Shown here: piece by piece, positions 54,748-64,000 of the stretch
Layout: every line of letters starts with the position of its first letter
Numbering within the stretch: position 1 is the first letter of the stretch
Origin: an uncultured delta proteobacterium
GTDB lineage: Bacteria; Myxococcota_A; Polyangia; Polyangiales; Polyangiaceae
Reading direction: 5' to 3'
Assembly: GCA_963841435.1 (NCBI GenBank)
Contig: CAWJCS010000005.1
Coordinates: 128,001 to 192,000 of the forward strand
DNA: 64,000 nt
Notes under the pieces: generated by a model
Told to the model about the DNA's origin: nothing
Database searches by the model: none
Seen by the model: the letters and a program-made list of their open reading frames with translations, nothing else
Translations under genes and position numbers: made by a program

Positions 54748-55864
54748 TCCACTTGCCCATCGCGGGGCTTTCGAGCGCTTTCGGACGCTTCTCGCCGCGC
54801 GCCACTCGGTCGACGAGCTCGTCGACGCACGCATAGAGCATGTCGTTGCTCGTCGGCACGTCCGCGGGGAAGGCGCGACCGAACTCGCCCGAGCGCTCGA
54901 GAAACGCGCCGATCGGCTCGGCCTCGAAGCGACGCGACCAGGCGCCCACGCCGAGCGCTTCGAGATAACGTGCGTTCAGCTCCTGCTCGTACTGGCCGGA
55001 TACCGGAATCGACAGCGTGGGGATCCCGAGGCTAACCGCCTCGGCGAGCAGCGAAAATCCTCCGCCCGCGATCACGGCGCGCGCGCCCGTGAGATCGTCG
55101 ACGAAGCGCTCCTCCGAGAACGGGCACAAGGTCACGTTCCCCTCGCTGCCCTCGCGACCGAGCCCGTAGACGCGGAAACGAAAGGGCAGTCGCTTGAGCG
55201 TCGGCACGAGCGCCTGATTGGTGGTCTGCGTCTGGTAGACGAGCACGTGGTCGCGCGGCTGCCAGGTGCGGCCGAGGAGCTCCGGACGCAGGATGGGAGG
55301 AATGAGCGTCGTGTACTTCTTGCGAACCGGCGGAAAGAAGAAGCTCGTGACGAGGTAGTGGTACGCCTTCGGCACCTTGATGCGCACGGCGAGGCGCGCC
55401 AGCTCGAAATCGAACCCCTTGGCGCGCACCACGGGGTCGTCGTGGCGACAGCGATTGATGATCTGCATGTTGTCGATGCTGATCACGGGCAGGCCGTGCC
55501 GCTTGGCGTAGAGCGCCGCCCACGACTCGAAGTCGCTGATGACGAGCTCGGGTGAAAACCCGGACTCTGCGACCTTGCGGTAGACCCCGACGTTCTTTCT
55601 GATGCTGCGCGGCGCGCGCTCGAGGTTGAAGAGCACGCTCTGCGTGCGGTCGAGCGAGTTGCCGAAGTAGCTCAGCACGAGGCCGTGGATCTCCTCGAGC
55701 GAGACGTTCTCGAAGGCAGCAAGCTTCTTCCCGAGAAACGCATGGGCCCTGCCGGACACCACGACGCGGATCTGGTGCCCGGCGCGCGCCAAGTGCTCCA
55801 GCACGACCAGGCTGCGAGTCGCGTGACCCATGCCCTCGCCGACGACGCCGTAGAGGATTTGCAC
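54740..55864 (-). CDS. Glycosyltransferase (MJ1255/GT28-like)
   Basis: ILYGVVGEGMGHATRS, ISDFE, GGGFSL..EA, QYEQELNA. Confidence 0.85.
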   Translation of the reverse strand: MQILYGVVGEGMGHATRSLVVLEHLARAGHQIRVVVSGRAHAFLGKKLAAFENVSLEEIHGLVLSYFGNSLDRTQSVLFNLERAPRSIRKNVGVYRKVAESGFSPELVISDFESWAALYAKRHGLPVISIDNMQIINRCRHDDPVVRAKGFDFELARLAVRIKVPKAYHYLVTSFFFPPVRKKYTTLIPPILRPELLGRTWQPRDHVLVYQTQTTNQALVPTLKRLPFRFRVYGLGREGSEGNVTLCPFSEERFVDDLTGARAVIAGGGFSLLAEAVSLGIPTLSIPVSGQYEQELNARYLEALGVGAWSRRFEAEPIGAFLERSGEFGRAFPADVPTSNDMLYACVDELVDRVARGEKRPKALESPAMGKWNG

Positions 55865-55967
55865 TTCGGGCGCGCAGGGTTACATCGAACCGCGGGGGAG
55901 CAAAGCGAAGAGAGGCAGAGGCCGTCGCCTTCGCCCGGCGGGCGGCGGGGTGCTACCGTCGCGCCCC

Positions 55968-56306
55968 ATGCCCTCTCCCGTACTCGACGGAAAACAGCGC
56001 CGCTTCCTGCGGGCGCTCGGTCATCATCTGAGCCCGGTGGTGCAGGTCGGGACAGGCGGCGTCACCCCCGAGGTCGAACGGGCGCTCGACCAGGCCCTCG
56101 CCCGCCATGAGCTGGTCAAAGTCCGCGTCGTGGGCGGCGGCAACGACCTCGCGGGCATGGCGCGTGGGCTCGCCGACGGCACGCGCTCGGCCCATGCGCA
56201 AACACTCGGCAAGACGCTGCTCTTTTACCGACCGCGCGAAAAGAAGCCCAGCATCGCTCTACCTGCCGGCGCATCGGCCGGCCGAACGCGGGGAACAACA
56301 CCATGA
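55968..56306 (+). CDS. yhbY: RNA-binding CRM-domain protein YhbY
   Basis: QRRFLRALGHHLSPVVQVG..G, HELVKV, Q.LGK...YR. Confidence 0.9.
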   Translation: MPSPVLDGKQRRFLRALGHHLSPVVQVGTGGVTPEVERALDQALARHELVKVRVVGGGNDLAGMARGLADGTRSAHAQTLGKTLLFYRPREKKPSIALPAGASAGRTRGTTP

Positions 56307-56866
56307 GCGACGCGAAGACGGTGGGGCGCCTGCAGGTCAACGGCAACCTCGCCTGGCTCGACCTCGAGATGACCGGGCTCGACGCCCAACGGGACGTGAT
56401 CCTCCAGGCCGCGATGGTGATCACCAACCGCGATCTCCAGCCGCTCGAAGAGCTTTGCCTCGACGTGTGGCAACCCGAAAGCGCGCTCACGAACATGACG
56501 CCATTCGTGCGCGAGATGCACGAAAAATCCGGCCTACTTCCGCGCGTTCGAAAGTCGATGATCGACCTCATTGCTGCCGAGCGCGCGCTCATCGAGTGCG
56601 TCGTGGGGTACTGCACCTATCCAGCGATCTTGTGTGGCAACAGCATCGGGCAAGACAAGCGCTTCGTCGATCGCTGGATGCCGGGGCTCGCGGGCTATCT
56701 CTCGTACCGCACCGTCAACGTGAGCAGCATCAAGGTGCTCGCCAAGACTTGGTACGGTTCGTCGGCGGTCTTCGACAAGCCGAAGGACCACGAGCACGAC
56801 GCGCTCTTCGACGTCAAAAACTCGATCGCCGAGCTCGCCCACTACAAAAAGACGCTCTTTCGCTGA
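56303..56866 (+). CDS. orn: Oligoribonuclease
   Basis: WLDLEMTGLD, MHEKSGL, LCGNSIGQDKRF, HDALFDV..SIAEL..Y. Confidence 0.92.
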   Translation: MSDAKTVGRLQVNGNLAWLDLEMTGLDAQRDVILQAAMVITNRDLQPLEELCLDVWQPESALTNMTPFVREMHEKSGLLPRVRKSMIDLIAAERALIECVVGYCTYPAILCGNSIGQDKRFVDRWMPGLAGYLSYRTVNVSSIKVLAKTWYGSSAVFDKPKDHEHDALFDVKNSIAELAHYKKTLFR

Positions 56867-56874
56867 GCCACGCC

Positions 56875-57585
56875 ATGCGCTTGCGGCCGTTCCTGATCGT
56901 TCTCTTCTCGGCCGTCCTCGCCACGCTCGCTTGCTCGCGGGCGAAGCGCCCACCGGGGCTCGAAGGCGAGCCCGAGGCGCGCGCCCCGGGCTCGCAGCCG
57001 AGCGACCCGCGAAGCGACCCGAGCGGGGGCGCCGCGGAAATGGACGGCACGCGAGCGGCGGCCGCCAGCGCCGACGCCGCTGAACGAACGCCCACGGGTG
57101 TGGCAGCGCGAATGCCGATCCTGAGCGCCGCAGAGCTCCTCGCCAGGATCCGCCCGCTCGGTGACAAGGGCACGCTCGTCAACGCCTGGGCGAGCTTCTG
57201 CGGACCGTGCCGCCGCGAAATCCCGATGCTCGAGGCGCTCTCCGCGAATCTGCGCGCGGAGGGCATCGCGGTCTACCTCGTGTCGCTCGACGACCCCGCC
57301 GACGCCCCGAAGGCGGAAGCGTTCCTCACGGAGTGGCACATCACGCTCGAAAGCGCGCTCGCACGACCACCGCTCGGCGCCTTCAAGCAGGCCATGAACC
57401 CGCGCTGGCCGGGGATGCTACCCGCGAGCTTCCTCTTCGACGCCGCGGGACGGCTTCGCTATTTCTGGGGTGGCGAGGCCTTCGAGCAGGAGCTCGTCCC
57501 CGTGCTCGATGCCTTCGCTCAGGGCAAGCCCATCGAGGGCGAAGCCGGCTTCCAGGTCGCCCCCGAAGCCCCCACGCGCGACTGA
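56875..57585 (+). CDS. TlpA-like thiol-disulfide oxidoreductase lipoprotein
   Basis: Lipobox TLAC; NAWASFCGPCRREIP; LPASFLFD. Confidence 0.88.
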   Translation: MRLRPFLIVLFSAVLATLACSRAKRPPGLEGEPEARAPGSQPSDPRSDPSGGAAEMDGTRAAAASADAAERTPTGVAARMPILSAAELLARIRPLGDKGTLVNAWASFCGPCRREIPMLEALSANLRAEGIAVYLVSLDDPADAPKAEAFLTEWHITLESALARPPLGAFKQAMNPRWPGMLPASFLFDAAGRLRYFWGGEAFEQELVPVLDAFAQGKPIEGEAGFQVAPEAPTRD

Positions 57586-57626
57586 GGCTGGTACTCCTTC
57601 CGCCTCGCGCGTCGACCCGTGGCAGC

Positions 57627-58988
57627 TCAGGGTTTTCGGCCGCACGCCTCGGCGGGGTAGTCACTCGGCAAAAGGGCGCGGGGGACGCGGTCGCGGACGG
57701 TGCTTTCGCTCTCCTCGTTCACGACGGAGTCGCAGAGGTTCGCGGGGTCGCCCGTCTTCCTGGGAGGCCGCCAGGTCGGCGTCGCGTCGGCTTCCTGAGG
57801 CCTGGGCGGCGGCGAGCGCTGCGCGCCGAGCGGCGCTCGCACCGACGGTCGCGCCGAGAAGATCCGGCTGTCGGCCGTCGGCGTGTCCATACGGTCACGC
57901 CGCGAGAGAAGCTGGTAGGCGAGTGCCTCGGGCAGCGCGCGCGCCGACGACTGCACCGCGTCGATGACGGTCCGCCTCTCGACGCTCATGCGCTCCCGCA
58001 CGACGCGCGCAACGTCGGTCTCGACGACGACTTCGCCGCGCTCCATCAACCACTCCTCGAGCGCGGAGCGCATCTCGTCCGCGGTCTGGAACCGCTCGGA
58101 TGGATTCGACGCGAGCGCCTTGACGACGATGGCCTCGAGCCCTTCGGGGTAGTTCGAGCGCAGCTCGCGCGGCCGTAGGTACTTTCCCTGCACGATCTTG
58201 CCGAGGGCCGTGGCGCCCCCGCCGAAGGGCCGGAGACCCAGCGTGGCGATGTAGAGGACGCAACCCATCGCGTAAACGTCGGCGCGACGATCGATCGAAC
58301 GACCGAGGATCTGCTCGGGCGGAATGTAAGCGAACTTGCCCTTGATCTCGCCCGTGCGCGTACGCGAGTGCAGCTGATAGCGCGCCTTGGCGATCCCGAA
58401 GTCGCTCACCTTCACGTGCCCGTTGTTCGAGATCATGATGTTCGGCGGCGACACGTCGCGGTGGACGATGCCGAGCGCGTGCCCGTCGGGACCCAGTGCG
58501 TCGTGTGCCGCGTGGAGACCCGAGCAAGCTTCGGCGGCGATGCGCGCGGCAATCGGGTCGGGCAGCGGCGCGAGCTCGCCCCCTCGCTGCAAGAGACCGC
58601 TCAGCGACTCGCCGGCAATCCACTCGATGACCATGAAGAGCAGATCGCCGTCGCGACCCAGCTCGTACGTTTCACAGACGTTCGGGTGACGAATCGCGGA
58701 GGCCACCATCGCCTCGTCGACGAACATGCGGCCGTACTCTTCGTCGGCGCTGAATTCGGGCAAGACGAGCTTGATGGCGACGGTGCGCGCCAGCCCGGCC
58801 GTGTCCGGACGGGCGGCCCAGACCTGGGCCATGCCGCCCGCGCCCACGGGAACGAGTAGGCGATAGCGCCCGATGGAGCGGCCCCGCAGAATGCCGATGC
58901 GCTCGGCCGTGCTCGACAGGTTGGGCTCGGTCCTGTCCCCCTCCGCAGCTTGCGGCTCATGAGCATCGCTCGAGCGCTTCTCACCCAT
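57627..58988 (-). CDS. Cytoplasmic Ser/Thr protein kinase
   Basis: GAGGMA.V, VAIK, HRDVSPPN, DFG, GKFAYIPPEQ; no TM helix. Confidence 0.92.
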   Translation of the reverse strand: MGEKRSSDAHEPQAAEGDRTEPNLSSTAERIGILRGRSIGRYRLLVPVGAGGMAQVWAARPDTAGLARTVAIKLVLPEFSADEEYGRMFVDEAMVASAIRHPNVCETYELGRDGDLLFMVIEWIAGESLSGLLQRGGELAPLPDPIAARIAAEACSGLHAAHDALGPDGHALGIVHRDVSPPNIMISNNGHVKVSDFGIAKARYQLHSRTRTGEIKGKFAYIPPEQILGRSIDRRADVYAMGCVLYIATLGLRPFGGGATALGKIVQGKYLRPRELRSNYPEGLEAIVVKALASNPSERFQTADEMRSALEEWLMERGEVVVETDVARVVRERMSVERRTVIDAVQSSARALPEALAYQLLSRRDRMDTPTADSRIFSARPSVRAPLGAQRSPPPRPQEADATPTWRPPRKTGDPANLCDSVVNEESESTVRDRVPRALLPSDYPAEACGRKP

Positions 58989-59230
58989 GCTAGATTTCAC
59001 CGTACATCACCCGTCTTCGTCGGACCAGAGTCTCGACACACGAACGACCGCTTTTTGTCGTACTTTTTCTCCCCCCCGCACACCAATTTCGAGCGCGCGC
59101 CACGCGGTATGAAAAAGTCTCTTCGGCCGCTCCACTACCAATTGGTCCCGCGAACGGCCGGGAAGCGAATCACGCGATGGGCGGAGGACGAGCGATTGGG
59201 AGTGCGCCACTTGGAGCACAATGAAGGGTA

Positions 59231-60631
<1,401 letters not shown>

Positions 60632-60679
60632 TTTGCCGAGTGACTCAGCTCACTGACAACGACCTTTGCGCCGCTCAGG

Positions 60680-62219
60680 TCAGCGTTTGGTCGAAAACGG
60701 GTTCTCGGGGTCGAGCGATCTCACGGGCCTGGTGGTCGGGGTCGGGGCGGTAGGCTTGCTGGAAGCGGGTGTCGGCGGGGCCGCCGTGCGGTGCACCACC
60801 GGCGCGCGCGGTTTGCGCGCCGTCGCGCTCGGCGAAGGCGCAAGCGTTGCCGACGCCGAGGGCGCCGCGACGGGTGCCACCGAGGCGACGGGCGAAAGAG
60901 GGGCGACCGGGGCGGGCTCGACGCTCGTCTGCGCGGGTGACGAAGCGGCGGTCGTTTGCGCCGCCGAGGCGGGCTCGCCGGGCTCCGTACGTGGCTCGCG
61001 CCGGACTAAGGCGAGCGCCCCGAGCGCGACGGCGAGCGCGGCGCCGATCCCGATGAAGAGCGCGCGCGGCGCGCGGCGCGCGGTGGGGCCCGGCAGCGTG
61101 GCGCCCGAAAGCGTCGGCTGGATGGCCGATGCCGCGGTGCGGATCACCGGATCCGTAACGTCCGTGTCTTTGGTTGTAAGGAGCGGCGACGCTCCGTCGA
61201 GCGGATCGGCCATCGGGTTGTCGATGGCCTCGGCCGCCGATGCGATGTTGCTCGTACGCCGCGCGATGGGCTCGGACAGCGTGCGCCGGACGAGCTCGGA
61301 GATCTGCCCGTCGCTCACGATCTTTTTCTCGAGCAAGAGGAAGCGCTCGAGCGCACGTCCCAGCTCCTCGGCCGTGGCAAAGCGCTCCTCGCGCTCGCGC
61401 GACATCGCCTTCACGACGATTTTCTCGAGCTCGGGCGGATAGCCGGGCAGTCGCGCGCTCGGTCGGGGAATCGGCTGCTCGAGCAACTGGTAAAGCGTCG
61501 CGAGCGCATCCCCACCCGTGAACGGTCGCTCGCCCACGGTCGCCTCGTACAGGACACAACCGAGGGCAAACACGTCCGCGCGCCGATCAACGTCTTTGGT
61601 CGTCACCTGCTCGGGCGCCATGTAGCTCAGCTTGCCCTTCACCTCGCCCGTCTGCGTGGGGGCGTGGATTTGGCCCCTGGCCTTGGCGACGCCGAAATCG
61701 GTGAGGCGCACCTGGCCACCCGCCGAGATCAGGATGTTCTGCGGCGAAACGTCGCGGTGGACGACGTGAAGGGGGTGGCCGTCCTCACCCATGAGCTCGT
61801 GGGCGGCGTGCAGCCCCGCGCACACGCGCGCGAGAACGCGGGCCGCGACCTCGGGCGGCAGGCGGTGATCCGGCAGCGCGTCGAGCAGCTCCCTGAGCGA
61901 GCCGCCGTCCGAGGAAATCCATCACCAGGTAGACGACGCCACGCGCGCGCTCCGCGCCGTAGATCACGCACACGTTCGGATGCTCGAGCATCGACGAGAT
62001 GCGTGCCTCGTCGAGCAGCACCTTGTAAAAGGATTCGCTCGCGCCTTCCTCGGCGAGCGCCGTCTTGATCGCGACGAGGCGCGGCGTGCCCGTGGCTCTC
62101 CGCTCACGCGCGACCCAGACCCTTCCCATGCCGCCGGCGCCGATCGGCACGAGCAGCTGGTAGGAGCCTAGCTCGTCGCCGCTCCGGAGTGAGGCACCCG
62201 TGCTGGGCACGATCTCCAA
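60680..62219 (-). CDS. Membrane Ser/Thr protein kinase (apparent frameshift near 61910)
   Basis: N-lobe GAGGMG.V, AIK, HPNV in one frame; HRDVSPQN, DFG, YMAPEQ, TM helix and Pro-rich tail in another. Confidence 0.88.
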
Positions 62220-62266
62220 TCAGGATAGCCGACCGCCGACGCTTCGGCCACGGGCAAGCACGCGGT

Positions 62267-62596
62267 TTAAGCTGGGGCGCGGCGCAATGGGGTCAGAGGT
62301 GGTTGTTCCTCCGACTCCTCGACCGCGCCCGAGGGCGCAACGGACGGGGCTGCCGGGGTCTCGTTGAAGACGCTGCTGGTCCGCCCGCTGCGGATCGCGG
62401 CGCGCCCCACACGCTCGAGCAGCAACGGGTCGAGGGCGTCCGCTTCCACGGTGATCGGCGTGCCGGCGCGGAAGGTGCCGAGCTTCACGTCGTCGAGCAA
62501 GCAGATGACCGCGTAGCGGCCGCGGTCCACACGCTCGATACGGTAGGTCACGCCACCCACGATGACCATCCCCTTGATGCGTCGCGAAGGAGACAT
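62267..62596 (-). CDS. Hypothetical protein
   Basis: 109-aa ORF with globular beta-rich N-terminus and typical codon usage. Confidence 0.6.
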   Translation of the reverse strand: MSPSRRIKGMVIVGGVTYRIERVDRGRYAVICLLDDVKLGTFRAGTPITVEADALDPLLLERVGRAAIRSGRTSSVFNETPAAPSVAPSGAVEESEEQPPLTPLRRAPA

Positions 62597-63011
62597 CGGA
62601 TGCTCTAGCTACCATGACGCAATTTCAAACGAATCGCATCAACTCTTTTTTTCAGCGCCGCTTTTGCAGCGGCGCTCTCCAGCCTGGTTTGAGCCTGGTT
62701 TTGTGGGTGGTTCCTCGCATGGTGCTTGGCTTTTCGCGCCTCGAGTTTTTGGTCGCGCAAATGTTTCTCGCGCACCTCTCGCCCGTCTCGCCGGTCGTCA
62801 CCCTTCAGTATCCGACTCTCCGACTTTTCTCCGACTTTCTCCGACCGTCGACTTCCTCCGGAAGCGCTGCCGTTGCCGTCCGGTGACGCCACGCGGCGCA
62901 GCCTTGGCGGCTCACGCGGAGGCCGTACGCGCTCTTGCCGTTTATCGAAGGGCGACACCCGCCGAGCGCAGCCACGCGGGGGGCCCGCGGCCAGGGAGCG
63001 GGGCGGCCCCT

Positions 63012-64000
63012 CTAGAGTCCCACGCAGAGGGAGTCACTCGACTGACAGGTACCGTTGCAGCATACCTGTCCTGGTTGGCACGCCGACGCCACCCCGCAGG
63101 TATGGTCGGACAGGCACACCGGAACCTGACACGTTGCGCCAATGATGGGCAGGCCGCCGCCAGGTTTCGGCGGGGGGCAGTCCGAATCGGCGCAGCAGGC
63201 GTGACAGGCCCCGTCGGCCTGGCAGCAGAGCGTCCCCGTGTCGCACTCGCGATTGTCGCAACATTCGCGGCAGAGCGGCCCGCCGCTGTTCACGAGGTTC
63301 GGACAACACTTCCCCTCCCCCTCGCAGCTTACGCCGCCGTACTCACACTGATTGCCTTGACAGTGAACGCTTTCGCAGGCCGATGCCGGGGGCGGGCAGT
63401 CGGCAGCGGATTTGCACTCCCCACCGCTCACGCAGCCTCGCAAGGGGTCACACGTGGCATTGCCGGCGCAGACACCGGGCACGACCTGCGTCGAGCAGTG
63501 TCCTCCCGTGCAGACGGGCTGCGTGCAGTCGACGCCGTCGTCCGGGCAATCCTTCGCCGTGCAGCAGCTGCCGCACGTTGCCGAGCTCCGGTCGGTGTTG
63601 GGGCAGCAGAGCTCCGTATCGGCACAGAGTGGCATCGTGCCACACACGCCGTCGTTGCAGACATTCACGAGGCAGGGGTCGTCGTCGGCGGTGGAGCATT
63701 GTGCGTCGATGCAACAGGCGCCACAGCCCGTGCCCGGGCAGCAGGTACCGCCGTTCGGGCAGAGCGGATGGTCGCAGAAGCCATTCGTGCAGGTGTCCGC
63801 GGTGCAGGCGTCGCCGTCGTCGCATTCGGTGTCGGCCTGGCATTCCTCGCGCGGCATGCAGCCACTCGGTCCGCAATAGGCGTCCGGCCCGCAGCTCGCA
63901 TCGTTGGGCGGGTTGGTGCAGAAGCCCGCGAAGCAGACGTCGTCGGTGCAATCGACGCCGTCGGCGCAGTCCGCGGCCGCGCAGCACGCGCCGCACAGCC
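63012..64000 (-). CDS. Cys-rich repeat protein (5' end beyond window)
   Basis: Repeated CC....C.DDG..CT.D.C..G.C units; frame stays open to the window end. Confidence 0.85.
   Translation of the reverse strand, partial: LCGACCAAADCADGVDCTDDVCFAGFCTNPPNDASCGPDAYCGPSGCMPREECQADTECDDGDACTADTCTNGFCDHPLCPNGGTCCPGTGCGACCIDAQCSTADDDPCLVNVCNDGVCGTMPLCADTELCCPNTDRSSATCGSCCTAKDCPDDGVDCTQPVCTGGHCSTQVVPGVCAGNATCDPLRGCVSGGECKSAADCPPPASACESVHCQGNQCEYGGVSCEGEGKCCPNLVNSGGPLCRECCDNRECDTGTLCCQADGACHACCADSDCPPPKPGGGLPIIGATCQVPVCLSDHTCGVASACQPGQVCCNGTCQSSDSLCVGL

Overview
Very GC-rich bacterial chromosome. The gene content points to a myxobacterium of the Polyangiales/Sorangium type: DUF1552, ECF-FecR, Ser/Thr kinases with an FHA-sigma54 activator, MYXO-CTERM and Gly/Cys-rich lipoproteins. 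About 60 CDS; no rRNA, tRNA, CRISPR or mobile element recognised. Main blocks: (1) pobA plus a protocatechuate 4,5-cleavage operon (ligJ-ligK-ligI-ligA-ligB-ligC) that has no ligU but carries three extra genes; (2) an ECF/FecR signalling cassette; (3) pilMNOP and pilQ separated by an oppositely oriented CBM10-repeat/expansin-GH45-like lipoprotein gene; (4) a FliA-like sigma factor behind a sigma54/IHF promoter; (5) a TetR-DUF4188 pair with visible operators; (6) an FHA-GGDEF, aminotransferase, LuxE, LuxC operon without luciferase; (7) a radical SAM protein resembling tetraether lipid synthase (Tes/MJ0619); (8) housekeeping and signalling genes. Five apparent frameshifts and several Asp-to-Asn changes at conserved sites, many inside TCGA, suggest methylation-related long-read errors. 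All family calls come from motif recognition, not database searches.
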